A DNA stretch of 64,000 nt from Nitrospira sp. (GTDB lineage Bacteria > Nitrospirota > Nitrospiria > Nitrospirales > Nitrospiraceae): NCBI GenBank assembly GCA_036984305.1, contig BQWY01000002.1, forward strand, positions 24,151-88,150. The letters run 5' to 3'. The translations under genes were made by a program, and so were the position numbers. Position 1 is the first letter of the stretch. Every line of letters begins with the position of its first letter. The notes beneath the pieces were generated by a model that saw only the letters and a program-made list of their open reading frames with translations, made no database searches and was not told the origin of the DNA. Shown here in pieces: positions 47,750-58,681 of the stretch.

Positions 47750-48229
47750 CTATTGCGGAGCGGCTTCGGTCGCTGGTTGGGCCACACTCGATGATTCCTC
47801 GCCGGTACGCGCGGTGGGTTTCGGCTTGGACTTTGACGCCGAATCGCCGCCTTTCCCGGACGAAGCGGGCTGCGCTTGGGCGACTAATTCGATCGCCACC
47901 ATCTTGGCAGCGTCACCAGCCCGACGCCGAGTCTTCGTGATGCGCGTATAGCCTCCGCTGCGATCCTTAAATCGAGAGGCGACCTCGTCAAAGAGTTTTG
48001 AGACTACGCCTTTTTGGCGAAGAAAGGCCAGCGCCCGTCGCCTCGCCGCGAGCCCCCCATCCTTTCCCAGCGTGATCATGCGATCGGCAAAGCCACGGAT
48101 TTCCTTCGCCTTGGCTTCGGTCGTTTCGATTCGCTCATGCTCGAGCAAGGACGTCACCAAGCTGCGAAAGAGCGCCCACCGGTGTTTGGTTTGCCGTCCC
48201 AGTTGTCGTCCACGTTTTCGATGTCGCAC
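47750..48229 (-). CDS. rplQ: 50S ribosomal protein L17 with a low-complexity C-terminal tail
   Basis: [24 protein letters not shown]... is canonical. About 40 extra C-terminal residues rich in A/S/K/P. Confidence 0.95.
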   Translation of the reverse strand: MRHRKRGRQLGRQTKHRWALFRSLVTSLLEHERIETTEAKAKEIRGFADRMITLGKDGGLAARRRALAFLRQKGVVSKLFDEVASRFKDRSGGYTRITKTRRRAGDAAKMVAIELVAQAQPASSGKGGDSASKSKPKPTARTGEESSSVAQPATEAAPQ

Positions 48230-48265
48230 GGCGATGTATCCTTCGTATTCGTCGAGGTGGTTGAG

Positions 48266-49282
48266 CTACGCGCCTTCAGTCCGCCCAGCCGGCTCGCTCG
48301 CGGGTTGAAGCGCTTCTGATTCGAGCCTCATTCCGAGACCCAACCCCATTTCCGTAAGAATCTCTTTGATTTCGTTCAGTGACTTCTTGCCGAAATTCTT
48401 GGTCTTCAACATCTCCAATTCGGTCTTCTGCACCAAATCGGCAATCGTCTTGATGTTGGCATTTTTAAGACAGTTGGCCGCACGGACGGACAACTCCAAT
48501 TCGCTGACGTTCCGGAACAGATTGCGATTGACTGCCTGCGATTGATCCTCTCGGCCAGCCTCCGCCTTCGCTTCGACGCGATCCTCCGGGTTGATGAAGA
48601 TGTCGAGATGATCCCGAAGGATGCTCGCAGCGGTGGACAATGCGTCTCTCGGCGTCGTCGTTCCATCCGTCCAAATTTCGATGGTCAACTTGTCGTAATC
48701 GGTCATGCGTCCCACGCGCGCGTTCTCCACCTGAAAATTGACGCGCTTTACAGGCGAAAATATTGAATCGACGGCGATGACTCCGATCGGTAGGCCCTCT
48801 TCTTTGTTTCGCTCGGCGGGCACATAGCCGCGCCCATGCTTGACAACCAGTTCCATATCCAGGACGGCATCTTTATCGAGTGTGGCAATGTGCAAATCCG
48901 GCGTGAGCACCGTCACATCACCATCATGCACGATATCCGAGCCCTTGGCTTCTCCGGGCCCTTTCTTGCGGAGTCGGATCGTCTTCGGTTTGTCGCCATG
49001 AAGCACCAAGCGAAGGCTCTTCACGTTGAGAATGATCGTCGTCACATCCTCGGTCACGCCGGGAATAGTCGAAAATTCATGGAGGACGCCCTCAATGCGA
49101 ACGCTCGTGACCGCTGCTCCCGTCAACGTCGAGAGCAACACCCGTCGCATGGCATTACCGACCGTTGTTCCAAACCCTCGCTCAAACGCTTCCGCCGAAA
49201 ACTTTCCATACGTCGGGGAAAGCGTATCCTTTTCGACTTCCACCCGGAGCGGGATTTGAAAGTCTTTCATGAGCTTGATCAT
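48266..49282 (-). CDS. rpoA: DNA-directed RNA polymerase alpha subunit
   Basis: 338 aa. Canonical NTD and CTD ([24 protein letters not shown]). Confidence 0.97.
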   Translation of the reverse strand: MIKLMKDFQIPLRVEVEKDTLSPTYGKFSAEAFERGFGTTVGNAMRRVLLSTLTGAAVTSVRIEGVLHEFSTIPGVTEDVTTIILNVKSLRLVLHGDKPKTIRLRKKGPGEAKGSDIVHDGDVTVLTPDLHIATLDKDAVLDMELVVKHGRGYVPAERNKEEGLPIGVIAVDSIFSPVKRVNFQVENARVGRMTDYDKLTIEIWTDGTTTPRDALSTAASILRDHLDIFINPEDRVEAKAEAGREDQSQAVNRNLFRNVSELELSVRAANCLKNANIKTIADLVQKTELEMLKTKNFGKKSLNEIKEILTEMGLGLGMRLESEALQPASEPAGRTEGA

Positions 49283-49357
49283 GGGTCCCCCTTCATCTCA
49301 CCAAAGTTGTCAGGCACGCACTATTCATGTGGCTCCCGAGAGTGCCTCTACGCTCGA

Positions 49358-49984
49358 CTACCGGGAATACAATTCGACAACGAGCTGTTCATTGACCGGC
49401 ACCGCTGCGTCTTGCTTGGTCGGAAGCGCCTTCACCGTCCCCCTGAACGCCGCACGGTCCAGCTCCAGCCAAGCGGGCACACCGCGCGAATCGATCGCGT
49501 CGAGCGCTCCGACGATGCCCGGAATCTCTCGGCTCCCCGGACGGATCTCCACGATGTCCCCCGATTTGAGCGTCTGGGAGGCAATATCGGCCTTGTGTCC
49601 GTTGACCGTCACATGACCGTGATTAACCAGCTGCCGAGCCTGCTTGCGCGACACGCCGAAACCCAACCGATACACGACGTTGTCGAGCCGACATTCCAGC
49701 AACGACAGTAGGAGTTCCCCTGTCACACCCGTCCGGCGCTCCGCTCGTTGGAACACGCCTCGAAACTGCCGCTCTTGTAAACCATAGATGCGTCGGAGCT
49801 TCTGTTTCTCTCGGAGCTGCACGCTGTAATCCGTCGTACGCTGACGCCCCTGTCCATGCTGCCCGGGAGGATAGCTGCGGCGCTCGATCGCGCATTTTTC
49901 CGTCATACAGCGCGAGCCTTTGAGGAAGAGTTTCTCCCCTTCGCGCCGGCAGAGCCGACAGACTGGACCTCGATACCGTGCCAC
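49358..49984 (-). CDS. rpsD: 30S ribosomal protein S4
   Basis: MARYRGPVCRLCRREGEKLFLKG... is canonical. GTG start. Confidence 0.96.
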   Translation of the reverse strand: MARYRGPVCRLCRREGEKLFLKGSRCMTEKCAIERRSYPPGQHGQGRQRTTDYSVQLREKQKLRRIYGLQERQFRGVFQRAERRTGVTGELLLSLLECRLDNVVYRLGFGVSRKQARQLVNHGHVTVNGHKADIASQTLKSGDIVEIRPGSREIPGIVGALDAIDSRGVPAWLELDRAAFRGTVKALPTKQDAAVPVNEQLVVELYSR

Positions 49985-50063
49985 AACACCCTCCTTACGT
50001 TAATCGTTCGGCGCGAGTCGCTCACACGCGAATTCTGGCGCCGGGAATATTCGCTGGCTCCCT

Positions 50064-50447
50064 CTAGACACGCCGACGCTTCGGAGGCCGGCACCCATTG
50101 TGGGGAATAGGCGTGACATCCCGAATCAAATTGATTCGTAGTCCCGCACTCTGCAGGGCTCGGATGGCCGACTCACGGCCGGCACCCGGTCCATTGACGT
50201 ACACATCGATCTGGCGCATGCCGTTTTCCATCGCCTTGCGGGCAGCAGTTTCTCCTGCGCGCTGGGCCGCAAACGGGGTGCTCTTTCGCGATCCCTTGAA
50301 ACCCTGATTTCCAGCACTGGACCATACAACGGTGTTGCCACCCACATCCGTGATCGTCACGATCGTATTGTTGAATGACGCCTGTATGTGTGCGACGCCC
50401 GCCTGAACGATCTTGCGCTCCTTCTTCTTTCCCTTTTTGACGCTCAT
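50064..50447 (-). CDS. rpsK: 30S ribosomal protein S11
   Basis: [18 protein letters not shown]...[16 protein letters not shown] is canonical. Confidence 0.96.
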   Translation of the reverse strand: MSVKKGKKKERKIVQAGVAHIQASFNNTIVTITDVGGNTVVWSSAGNQGFKGSRKSTPFAAQRAGETAARKAMENGMRQIDVYVNGPGAGRESAIRALQSAGLRINLIRDVTPIPHNGCRPPKRRRV

Positions 50448-50484
50448 ACCAAATTCCTTCCGAATAATTCAGCCGTCGTCACGC

Positions 50485-50865
50485 TCAGGCTCTCGTTGGC
50501 TTCGGCTTACTTCCCATGGAGGCACGTCGGCCCTTGCGCGTCCGCGCGTTGGTTTTGGTACGCTGGCCTCGTACCGGGAGCCCCTTGCGATGCCTCAGGC
50601 CGCGGTACGTGCCAGAATCCACCAACCGCTTGATATTGAGAGAAACCTCCTTGCGCAAATCGCCCTCCACTTTGAGGTCCCGCTCGATCACCTCGCGGAG
50701 TTTGACGATCTTGTCCTCTGTCAAATCTTTGATGCGAATGGCCCCGTCGACACCCGCTTTCGCAAGAATATCGCGTGCAGCCGCACGCCCGATTCCATAA
50801 ATGTATGTGAGGCCGATATCGGTCCGCTTCTCACGTGGTAAGTCGATGCCCGCAATACGTGCCAT
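50485..50865 (-). CDS. rpsM: 30S ribosomal protein S13
   Basis: [14 protein letters not shown]...[26 protein letters not shown] is canonical. Confidence 0.96.
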   Translation of the reverse strand: MARIAGIDLPREKRTDIGLTYIYGIGRAAARDILAKAGVDGAIRIKDLTEDKIVKLREVIERDLKVEGDLRKEVSLNIKRLVDSGTYRGLRHRKGLPVRGQRTKTNARTRKGRRASMGSKPKPTRA

Positions 50866-50963
50866 TGTCTCCCCTCGATCGAATCGTTATGTCGAGTTCG
50901 CGGTTCGCGACCCTCTGGATACCGCTCCGTTGAATACCAGACGTTGCGCCTCCAAGCACGTCC

Positions 50964-51077
50964 TTAACCCTGCCGCTGCTTGTGGCGAGGATTCTCGCAC
51001 AAGACGCGTACAACGCCGCGGCGGCGAACCACCTTGCACTTCGAACAAATTGGCTTGACTGACGATTTCACTTTCAT
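50964..51077 (-). CDS. rpmJ: 50S ribosomal protein L36
   Basis: Not in the ORF track because it is under 60 aa. My translation of the minus strand gives [37 protein letters not shown] followed by a stop. Confidence 0.9.
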   Translation of the reverse strand: MKVKSSVKPICSKCKVVRRRGVVRVLCENPRHKQRQG

Positions 51078-51125
51078 ACGCTTCCTTCTTTCGGAGGCTG
51101 CTCGCCGTCAGAGATCCTTCACGCC

Positions 51126-51344
51126 CTATTTAAAACGATAGGTAATACGCCCCCGCGTAAGATCATAGGGAGACAGTTCCACTGTCACCTTGTCACCAGG
51201 GAGGATGCGGATAAAGTGCATGCGCATCTTGCCTGAAATATGCGCGAGGATGCGGTGCCCATTTTCCAGTTCGACTCTGAACATGGCGTTTGGCAGGGTT
51301 TCCGAGACCGTGCCTTGTACCTCGATGACGTCTTCCTTGGCCAC
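51126..51344 (-). CDS. infA: translation initiation factor IF-1
   Basis: 72 aa. [30 protein letters not shown]... is canonical. Confidence 0.96.
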   Translation of the reverse strand: MAKEDVIEVQGTVSETLPNAMFRVELENGHRILAHISGKMRMHFIRILPGDKVTVELSPYDLTRGRITYRFK

Positions 51345-51374
51345 TCGAAAAGTCGCCTCCCTTACCTCACCGCT

Positions 51375-52127
51375 TTATGCCGCCTGAGACAGCACGCGCG
51401 CGGGCCCCTGCGCACTAATCGCGATCGTATGCTCAAAATGCGCCGACAAGCTACCGTCTGCGGTCACAGCAGTCCACTGATCGTCCAGAATCCGCACGGC
51501 CGGTTTTCCTGCGTTCACCATCGGCTCGATCGCCAGCACCATGCCCACCTGCAGTCGAGGCCCTTGACCCGGCTTGCCATAATTGGGCACCTGGGGCTCT
51601 TCATGCAGATTACGACCAATGCCGTGACCCACAAACTCGGTTACCACCGAGAATCCAGCCGATTCGGCCACGTTCTGGACTGCATAAGAGATGTCGCTCA
51701 GACGATTGCCGACCACGGCCCGCTCAATGGCGGCTCGTAACGACCGCTCCGTTACCTGTACCAACTTTTCGGCCTGCGGGGATACGCTACCGATCATCAC
51801 TGTTATGGCGGCATCCCCGTAAAACCCGTCCACAATCGCCCCAAGGTCCAGCCCGACGATGTCTCCCTCTTTCACCACGCGTTTGGACGGAATCCCGTGC
51901 ACCACTTCATCATTAATCGACACACAAAGGGTCTTTGGATAACTGCGATATCCCTTGAACGCTGGCGTCCCTCCGCGAGCACGAATATTCTCTTCGGCCA
52001 AGCGGTCCAGCTCGTTGGTGGTCATCCCGGGCTTGATCTCCCGCCTGAGCACCACGAGCGTTTCAGCCACTATCTTCGCCGCCTGTGCGATGAGCTCCGT
52101 TTCACCAGGCGTCTTCAAAATAATCAT
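51375..52127 (-). CDS. map: methionine aminopeptidase type I
   Basis: 250 aa. Canonical metal-ligand regions (VVHGIP, DIVGLDLG, GHGIG, EPM). Confidence 0.94.
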   Translation of the reverse strand: MIILKTPGETELIAQAAKIVAETLVVLRREIKPGMTTNELDRLAEENIRARGGTPAFKGYRSYPKTLCVSINDEVVHGIPSKRVVKEGDIVGLDLGAIVDGFYGDAAITVMIGSVSPQAEKLVQVTERSLRAAIERAVVGNRLSDISYAVQNVAESAGFSVVTEFVGHGIGRNLHEEPQVPNYGKPGQGPRLQVGMVLAIEPMVNAGKPAVRILDDQWTAVTADGSLSAHFEHTIAISAQGPARVLSQAA

Positions 52128-52780
52128 GCTCGCCCGGACAACCCTAACAGGTGGTGCACCCGCTGCTGGACCACCTCGACCGGACCCGCGCCATCCAGAT
52201 CCGCCAACAATCCCCGATCCCGATAGTACCGAATCAATGGCGCTGTTTGCTCCTCATACACGTTCAGACGTGCTTCGATCGTCTCCGGTTTGTCATCGCT
52301 GCGCTGGACTAACCCGCCTCCACAGCGATCGCACACATCGGCCACTTTGGGCGGAGAAAATTCGACATGGTACACTGCCTGACACTTCGGACAACTGCGC
52401 CGACCACTCAGCCGTCGGACGAGATCCTTCTTCGGCACGGAGAAATTCACCACACGATCGAGCGTCAGGCGCTTTTGTTCCAGCAATGCACCTAATTCTT
52501 CAGCTTGGGCGACGGTACGGGGGAATCCGTCGAGGATGAATTCCTCCGCGCAACCCGGTTCGTTCAATTTGTCTCTCACCATTCCGATGACAACTGCGTC
52601 CGGAACCAATTGTCCCTGATCCATGAACGACTTTGCTTCAATTCCCAACGGCGTCTGATTTTTCACCGCCGCACGGAGTAGGTCGCCGGTCGATATTTTC
52701 GTATGCCTGAATTGATCGACTATTCGATCGGCCTGCGTGCCTTTGCCGACGCCGGGAGCTCCGAGAAAAACGATCCGCAT
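52124..52780 (-). CDS. adk: adenylate kinase (zinc-lid type)
   Basis: ATG 52780. MRIVFLGAPGVGKGTQ. Lid with CPKC...CDRCG. Confidence 0.95.
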   Translation of the reverse strand: MRIVFLGAPGVGKGTQADRIVDQFRHTKISTGDLLRAAVKNQTPLGIEAKSFMDQGQLVPDAVVIGMVRDKLNEPGCAEEFILDGFPRTVAQAEELGALLEQKRLTLDRVVNFSVPKKDLVRRLSGRRSCPKCQAVYHVEFSPPKVADVCDRCGGGLVQRSDDKPETIEARLNVYEEQTAPLIRYYRDRGLLADLDGAGPVEVVQQRVHHLLGLSGRA

Positions 52781-52790
52781 GGCTGAATCC

Positions 52791-54110
52791 TTACCCGCTA
52801 CGTCCGCGAAGCGGACGGCCTTTGGGCCCAAGGAACCCGTCATAATTCCGCATCAGCATATGGGACTCAATTTGTTGCGCTGTATCCAAACCGACACCGA
52901 TGACGATCAAGAGCGACGTACCGCCAAAATAAAATGGAACATTGAGCCGGTAGATTAAAACCTCCGGGATGACGCACACGATCGCGAGGTAGATGGCTCC
53001 GGCAAAAGTAATTCTCGTTAAGACCTTATAAATAAAATCGGAGGTGTGCTGTCCCGGACGAATCCCGGGAATAAAGCCTCCATACTTTTTCATGTTGTCA
53101 GCCATATCGACTGGATTGAGTACGACGGCCGTATAAAAAAAGCAGAAGAAGATGATCAATCCCACGTACATAAGCGTATAAAGCACCGACCCTGGTGCCA
53201 GTTGCGCGCCAATCGATTGCACCCACGGCACCTGTATGAAGCCGGCGATCGTGGCCGGGAACGCGATCAACGACGACGCGAAGATCGGCGGAATTACTCC
53301 TGCCGTATTGATCTTCAACGGAATATGCTGGCTCTGGCCCCCGTAGACTCGACGCCCCACCACCCGCTTGGCGTACTGCACCGGAATTTTCCGCCGCCCA
53401 CTCTCCAAAAATACGATGGCTGCCACTACCGCAACCATCAGCAGCGCAAGCATGACCAGCACGGCGAAGCTCAATTGGCCGACTGTATAGAGATCGTACG
53501 TCTGCACAACCGCATTCGGCAGTCTGGCGACGATCCCGGCAAAGATAATGAGTGAAATTCCGTTTCCAATCCCTCGTTCGGTAATTTGTTCACCCAGCCA
53601 CATCAGAAATCCGGTCCCTGCCGTGAGGGTGATGACCGTCATGAACCGAAACCCCCATCCGGGCGTCAACACGAATTGCCCTTGGTTCATGCCCTCCAAT
53701 CCGACAGCGATGCCGAAACCCTGGATGAGCGCAATACCAATGGTGCCGAACCTGGTGTACTGAATTATCTTCTTCCGACCTCGTTCTCCTTCTTTGGCCA
53801 GCTTCGCCAGATGGGGGATGACCACCGTCAGCAGCTGGAGGATAATCGATGCGCTAATGTACGGCATGATGCCGAGCGCAAAGATCGTCAAGCGCGAGAG
53901 AGCCCCACCTGAAAAAATATCGAGGAACCCTAGAAGGGCTCCTCCCTGCTTCTGCAGGAATTCGGCCAGCGCCTCCCCATTGATTCCTGGGGTGGGAATG
54001 TGGGCGCCGACCCGGTACACCACCAGCATCCCGAGGGTAAAAAGAATTCGGGTGCGGAGTTCCGGAATCTTGAGAATGTTCTGAAAACTGGTTAGGAGTC
54101 GCTCAAACAC
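52791..54110 (-). CDS. secY: preprotein translocase subunit SecY
   Basis: 439 aa polytopic protein with canonical SecY sequence. GTG start. Confidence 0.96.
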   Translation of the reverse strand: MFERLLTSFQNILKIPELRTRILFTLGMLVVYRVGAHIPTPGINGEALAEFLQKQGGALLGFLDIFSGGALSRLTIFALGIMPYISASIILQLLTVVIPHLAKLAKEGERGRKKIIQYTRFGTIGIALIQGFGIAVGLEGMNQGQFVLTPGWGFRFMTVITLTAGTGFLMWLGEQITERGIGNGISLIIFAGIVARLPNAVVQTYDLYTVGQLSFAVLVMLALLMVAVVAAIVFLESGRRKIPVQYAKRVVGRRVYGGQSQHIPLKINTAGVIPPIFASSLIAFPATIAGFIQVPWVQSIGAQLAPGSVLYTLMYVGLIIFFCFFYTAVVLNPVDMADNMKKYGGFIPGIRPGQHTSDFIYKVLTRITFAGAIYLAIVCVIPEVLIYRLNVPFYFGGTSLLIVIGVGLDTAQQIESHMLMRNYDGFLGPKGRPLRGRSG

Positions 54111-54552
54111 CTCGAATGACCTCAGCCCTCCCCCCAGCTGCCTTGATTTTCTCTTCAGCGGACTTGCTGAACTTGTGCGCTTGGATCACAAGGGGCCTGG
54201 TCAGTTCGCCGCTGCCGAGCACTTTGATCGGCCACGTTTTCTGCTTCACTATGCCGAATTCCACCAGTTTTGCAGGTGTAATGGGTTCAACGGTTTGCAG
54301 TTGGGCCAAGGTTTCCAGGTTGACGATGCTATACTCGATCCGCGTGGGGTTTCGAAACCCGAACTTCGGAGTCCGTCGAATCAAGGGCATCTGTCCGCCC
54401 TCAAAACCCGGCTGCTTTCCCCCGCCTGATCTTGCCAGCAAGCCCTTATGTCCTTTGGTGGCAGTCTTCCCGTGCCCGGATCCGGGCCCGCGTCCGATTC
54501 TCTTTCTCGCTCGGGTGGCTCCTTGGGCCGGAGCAAGTTGATGTAGTTTCAT
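54103..54552 (-). CDS. rplO: 50S ribosomal protein L15
   Basis: MKLHQLAPAQGATRARKRIGRGPGSGHGKT is canonical. Confidence 0.95.
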   Translation of the reverse strand: MKLHQLAPAQGATRARKRIGRGPGSGHGKTATKGHKGLLARSGGGKQPGFEGGQMPLIRRTPKFGFRNPTRIEYSIVNLETLAQLQTVEPITPAKLVEFGIVKQKTWPIKVLGSGELTRPLVIQAHKFSKSAEEKIKAAGGRAEVIRGV

Positions 54553-54761
54553 TTTTGCTGCACCTCGAGCAAATAGCCGACCTTATGGATCAATCCGCGC
54601 GTTTGAGGGGTATCGGGTACGACAACCCGCTGGTGTGGACGACGAAGGCGGAGGGCTCGCAGGACCAACCGATGACCCTCAGGAGTTCCGATCATGCTCC
54701 TCTTCAACGTCACGACCAACTGTCTCGATTTCGCTTTTGCTACCGACTGACTCCCTGACAT
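54549..54761 (-). CDS. rpmD: 50S ribosomal protein L30
   Basis: ATG 54761. LVVTLKRSMIGTPEGHRLVLRALRL is canonical. Confidence 0.9.
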   Translation of the reverse strand: MSGSQSVAKAKSRQLVVTLKRSMIGTPEGHRLVLRALRLRRPHQRVVVPDTPQTRGLIHKVGYLLEVQQK

Positions 54762-54777
54762 ACGTGCCTCACTTGTT

Positions 54778-55287
54778 TCAAACTGCTGCGACGCTACCAG
54801 CGGCGGCGACACCTCGCCGAATTCGCAAGATATCGTCAGGGTTTTTTAACTGGGTCAAGCCATTCAGCGTGGCACGCACCGCATTAAACGGATTGCCTCG
54901 CCCCAGAGTTTTGGCAATGATATTATGGATACCTGCAAGCTCGACGATGACCCGCACGGCACCCCCCGCGATGATACCGGTCCCCTCGACGGCGGGTTTG
55001 AGAATAATGGATTCGCTGCCGAACTTCCCAAGAACCTCGTGCGGAATCGTGCCCTCCAACACCGGAATCCGAACCAGGTGTTTTTTCGCCTGTTCGACGG
55101 CTTTGGAGATAGCCGCCGGAACCTCCGCCGCTTTCCCCTTTCCCACTCCAACCCACCCATGGCCGTCTCCGACCGCTACGAGCGCACAAAAATTGAAGCG
55201 CTTGCCGCCCTTAACGACCTTGGCCACACGATTAATGAAAATGACCTTGTCCTTGAGACTGAGTTCTTCCGCATTCACACGTGCCAA
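54778..55287 (-). CDS. rpsE: 30S ribosomal protein S5
   Basis: VIFINRVAKVVKGGKRFNFCALVAVGDG is canonical. TTG start. Confidence 0.95.
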   Translation of the reverse strand: MARVNAEELSLKDKVIFINRVAKVVKGGKRFNFCALVAVGDGHGWVGVGKGKAAEVPAAISKAVEQAKKHLVRIPVLEGTIPHEVLGKFGSESIILKPAVEGTGIIAGGAVRVIVELAGIHNIIAKTLGRGNPFNAVRATLNGLTQLKNPDDILRIRRGVAAAGSVAAV

Positions 55288-55347
55288 TGAAGACTCCCTC
55301 TGTCGTGAGCAGGAGCCCGATGGACCCCCGCCTGGGTAAAAACTTCC

Positions 55348-55713
55348 CTAGAACTGCAAGCCACCTTCGCGTGACGCGTCGGCCAAGGCCTTGATCCGAC
55401 CGTGATAGACCCGTCCACCTCGATCGAACACAACGGTCTGTACATTGGCAGCCTTCGCCCGCTCAGCCAGCAAGGCCCCAACGGCTTTGGCCGCAGCGAT
55501 CGTCCCGGTCGTACTGAGTGTCCCCCTCAACTTTGCGTCCATCGTGGAGGCAGCCGCCAGCGTGTGTCCTTTGAGGTCGTCGATAATCTGAGCATAAATG
55601 TGGCCCTTGCTCCGATAGACGCTCAGTCGTGGGCGGAGGTGGCTCCCAAATATCCGCTTCCGAATCCGGCGACGGCGGCGCTCCAACGTAACTGTCTTAC
55701 GCGTGGTCTTCAT
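55348..55713 (-). CDS. rplR: 50S ribosomal protein L18
   Basis: [18 protein letters not shown]...[27 protein letters not shown] is canonical. Confidence 0.95.
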   Translation of the reverse strand: MKTTRKTVTLERRRRRIRKRIFGSHLRPRLSVYRSKGHIYAQIIDDLKGHTLAAASTMDAKLRGTLSTTGTIAAAKAVGALLAERAKAANVQTVVFDRGGRVYHGRIKALADASREGGLQF

Positions 55714-55723
55714 ACCAGTCTAC

Positions 55724-56260
55724 CTACTTCCCTGTTTTGCCTTCCTTCTTACGCAGAACTTCACCGGCGTACCGGATACCCTTTTGCTTGTATACATCCG
55801 GCGGCTTCACGGCTCGGAGCTTTGCCGCCAGCTCGCCGACCATTCGCTTGTCGACGCCGGTCAATGTGATCTGCGTCTGCTTTTCAACCTTTCCATCAAC
55901 ACCAGGCAGAAGTTTAAATTCGACGGGATTGATATAGCCGACGTTCAGGGTCAAGACTTTCCCCTGAATCTGGGCTTTATAGCCGACGCCGGTCATCTCG
56001 AGCACCCGCTCGTAGCCTTTAGTCACCCCGATCACCATGTTACTGAGGTTCGCTCGAGTGAGCCCGTGCATAGCCCTCAACCGGCGATCGTCGTTAGCTC
56101 GCTTCACGTGAGCCTGACTGCCCTCGACCGCAACGGTTAGCCCAGGCTCGAGGGACCATTTTAGTTGGCCGAGGGGCCCTTTCACCGTCACTTGGTCGCC
56201 GACCACCTTAAAGTCGACACCCGTCGGAATAACAATCGGTTTCTTTCCAATTCTGGACAT
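55724..56260 (-). CDS. rplF: 50S ribosomal protein L6
   Basis: MSRIGKKPIVIPTGVDFKV is canonical. Confidence 0.95.
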   Translation of the reverse strand: MSRIGKKPIVIPTGVDFKVVGDQVTVKGPLGQLKWSLEPGLTVAVEGSQAHVKRANDDRRLRAMHGLTRANLSNMVIGVTKGYERVLEMTGVGYKAQIQGKVLTLNVGYINPVEFKLLPGVDGKVEKQTQITLTGVDKRMVGELAAKLRAVKPPDVYKQKGIRYAGEVLRKKEGKTGK

Positions 56261-56304
56261 GGTGTCCCTTTACTCGTGACAAACCAACTCGATGACGTGG
56301 CTAT

Positions 56305-56700
56305 CTACCAAACAGAGCAGAGCACCTCGCCGCCCAACCCGGCACGCCGGCATTCACGCTCGGTCATCACACCCTTCGATGTGGACATAATAGTAATACC
56401 GAGGCCCCCGCGAGTTCTGGGAACTTCTCGTTTCCCGACGTAGACCCGTCGACCCGGTTTGCTGACCCGCGATGCCCCGACAATCATCGGTTGGCCGGCT
56501 TCTACGTATCGTAGCTGAACACGGAAGGCGGGATGCCCCTCATTGTCGCCTGGCTCGACGCCGCCCACGAACCCCTCCTCCTGAAGAACTCTCAGGACTT
56601 CCCTCTTCAGTCGCGAGGCAGGAATGATGACACTTTCGTGGCCGCGATGTGCCGCGTTACGTATTCGCACCAGCAAATCAGCAATGGGATCAGTTACCAT
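56305..56700 (-). CDS. rpsH: 30S ribosomal protein S8
   Basis: ATG 56700. MVTDPIADLLVRIRNA is canonical. The upstream ORF extension overlaps rpsZ. Confidence 0.94.
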   Translation of the reverse strand: MVTDPIADLLVRIRNAAHRGHESVIIPASRLKREVLRVLQEEGFVGGVEPGDNEGHPAFRVQLRYVEAGQPMIVGASRVSKPGRRVYVGKREVPRTRGGLGITIMSTSKGVMTERECRRAGLGGEVLCSVW

Positions 56701-56750
56701 AATCGTCAGTACTCCCCTCCCGGGATCATCAGAATACCTCGGAGCACTAT

Positions 56751-56936
56751 TTACCAACTCGACTTGCGCACGCCGGGAATATCTCCTCGCAAGCTCAAGA
56801 AACGAAAGCAGATGCGACACATTTCGAAGCGCCGAAGATAGCCGCGAACGCGCCCACAGAGACCACACCGATTGTATTGCCGAACGGCAAATTTCGGCTT
56901 GCGGGACGACTTCAGCTTCAAGGCCAATCTTGCCAC
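56751..56936 (-). CDS. rpsZ: 30S ribosomal protein S14 type Z (zinc-binding)
   Basis: 61 aa with CGLCGR...CRIC zinc ribbon. GTG start. Confidence 0.93.
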   Translation of the reverse strand: MARLALKLKSSRKPKFAVRQYNRCGLCGRVRGYLRRFEMCRICFRFLSLRGDIPGVRKSSW

Positions 56937-56980
56937 AACAGTCTCCTTCGTCCGGTCAATTCACATGGGAATAGGGCTGT

Positions 56981-57646
56981 CTAAGCTCGGAACGGCATCC
57001 CGAGCAAGCGAAGCAACGCCTTCCCCTCATCATTCGTACGAGCCGTCGTCACAAAAGTAATATCCATTCCATGAATAGCCGCTACGCTGTCGTACTTGAT
57101 TTCAGGGAAAATGAGTTGTTCCTTTAGACCGAGCGTATAGTTCCCCCGCCCGTCGAATGACTTTGGCGAGACGCCGCGGAAGTCCCGAATGCGCGGCAGC
57201 GCCAATGTGACCAGACGGTCGAGAAATTCGAACATCCGACGGTTCCGGAGCGTCACCTTGGCTCCAATGGGCATCCCTTGCCGCAGCTTGAAGCCCGCGA
57301 TGGCCTTCTTCGCACGAGTGATCACCGGACGTTGTCCGGTAATGACTCCTAACTCACCGACCGCGCTTTCCAGCAGCTTCATATTCTGGATGGCTTCGCC
57401 CATCCCCACATTGATCACGATTTGGCGAATCCGCGGCACCTGCATCGGATTGCGATAATTGAATTCCTTCATCAGTGCCGGCACGACCTCTCCACGGTAT
57501 TTTTCGACCATCCGCGGGATTCCCGCCTGACTGTCCGGCGTCGATTCGCCCGCTTCCATCTCGACGGATGGGCCCTTTTTGCGCCCCGTCGGCTTTCCGC
57601 CTTGCGCCTTGTCGGATTTGCTTTTTCCGGTCTCTTTCGTAGCCAT
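56981..57646 (-). CDS. rplE: 50S ribosomal protein L5, possibly with a 45-aa Lys/Gly-rich N-terminal extension
   Basis: Conserved L5 core begins at [26 protein letters not shown] (ATG 57511). ATG 57646 overlaps the rplX stop (TAATG) and would add the extension. Confidence 0.9.
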   Translation of the reverse strand: MATKETGKSKSDKAQGGKPTGRKKGPSVEMEAGESTPDSQAGIPRMVEKYRGEVVPALMKEFNYRNPMQVPRIRQIVINVGMGEAIQNMKLLESAVGELGVITGQRPVITRAKKAIAGFKLRQGMPIGAKVTLRNRRMFEFLDRLVTLALPRIRDFRGVSPKSFDGRGNYTLGLKEQLIFPEIKYDSVAAIHGMDITFVTTARTNDEGKALLRLLGMPFRA

Positions 57647-57975
57647 TACTCAATCGCCTGTTTTGCCTGTTTACTGAACCGAACTCGACGCCCATCATCG
57701 CGCAACTGGACGCCCACACGAGTCGGCTTTTGTGTCGTCGGGCACAGAAGCATCACATTGCTGATGTGAAGTGGGGCCTCGCGTTCAATAATGCCCCCTT
57801 GCCGTACTTTCGCATTCGGCTTGGTGTGACGCTTCATGATATTCAGCTTCTCGACGACGACCTTGCGCTTTTCTCGGTTGATCGAGAGAACTTTCCCACT
57901 CTTCCCGCGTTCACGCCCGGCGATCACCACCACTGTATCGCCCTTTTTGATTCGTGACTTGACTGGTACGCCCAC
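57646..57975 (-). CDS. rplX: 50S ribosomal protein L24
   Basis: [22 protein letters not shown] is canonical. GTG start. Confidence 0.94.
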   Translation of the reverse strand: MGVPVKSRIKKGDTVVVIAGRERGKSGKVLSINREKRKVVVEKLNIMKRHTKPNAKVRQGGIIEREAPLHISNVMLLCPTTQKPTRVGVQLRDDGRRVRFSKQAKQAIE

Positions 57976-57994
57976 GATCGACGACTCCTTTTCC

Positions 57995-58363
57995 TTAGAG
58001 CACTTCCGGAGCGAGGGAGATAATCTTCATGAATTTCTTCCACCGCAGCTCACGGGCTACCGGACCGAATATGCGGGTTCCGACTGGTTCGCCCTGAGCG
58101 TTGATGAGTACACAGGCATTCCGGTCGAATTTGATATAGGATCCGTCGTCGCGGCGGACCCCTTTGGTAGTGCGAACAATCACTGCCCGACTCACGTCAC
58201 CCTTTTTTACGGATGCTTGCGGGATGGCCTCTTTGACGGCGACTACGACAATGTCTCCGACCGACCCATATCTCCGCCGTGTGCCACCTAAAACGTGAAA
58301 GCACATGACTTGACGTGCGCCGGAGTTATCCGCCACATCCATGTAGGTGTAGTTTTGAATCAT
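57995..58363 (-). CDS. rplN: 50S ribosomal protein L14
   Basis: [27 protein letters not shown] is canonical. Confidence 0.96.
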   Translation of the reverse strand: MIQNYTYMDVADNSGARQVMCFHVLGGTRRRYGSVGDIVVVAVKEAIPQASVKKGDVSRAVIVRTTKGVRRDDGSYIKFDRNACVLINAQGEPVGTRIFGPVARELRWKKFMKIISLAPEVL

Positions 58364-58410
58364 TGTCGCCTTGAACTATCCTTCCTCACAACGGGAGGCC
58401 GTGGCTCACC

Positions 58411-58677
58411 CTATTTCTCAACCTGGCCCTTCTCCATTACCTGGACGACACGCCAATGCTTCTGTTTGCTGATAGGCCTGGTTTCAATCAATTTCACTCG
58501 ATCCCCGACCTTGCACACACTGTTTTCGTCGTGGGCCTTGAGGCGGGTAATTCGCTTCAACACCTTTTTGTACATCCGATGAATGACCGACCTCTCGATT
58601 TCCACGACGACGGTCTTCTGCATCTTGGTGCCTACAACGCTTCCGAACCAATGATGCCTGTGCTCCACATCAGCCAT
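58411..58677 (-). CDS. rpsQ: 30S ribosomal protein S17
   Basis: ATG 58677. GSVVGTKMQKTVVVEIER...HDENSVCKVGDRV is canonical. Confidence 0.93.
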   Translation of the reverse strand: MADVEHRHHWFGSVVGTKMQKTVVVEIERSVIHRMYKKVLKRITRLKAHDENSVCKVGDRVKLIETRPISKQKHWRVVQVMEKGQVEK

Positions 58678-58681
58678 CGTC

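Noticed and set aside
53191-53215. A sigma-54-like TGGTGCCAGTTGC string. Other TGGCAC occurrences are at 2661, 31868, 36414 and 39124.
   Set aside because: All lie inside coding regions, and none has the GG-N10-GC spacing with a TTGC -12 element. I found no convincing sigma-54 promoter in the nitrogen-cluster leaders, although rpoN is encoded in the window.
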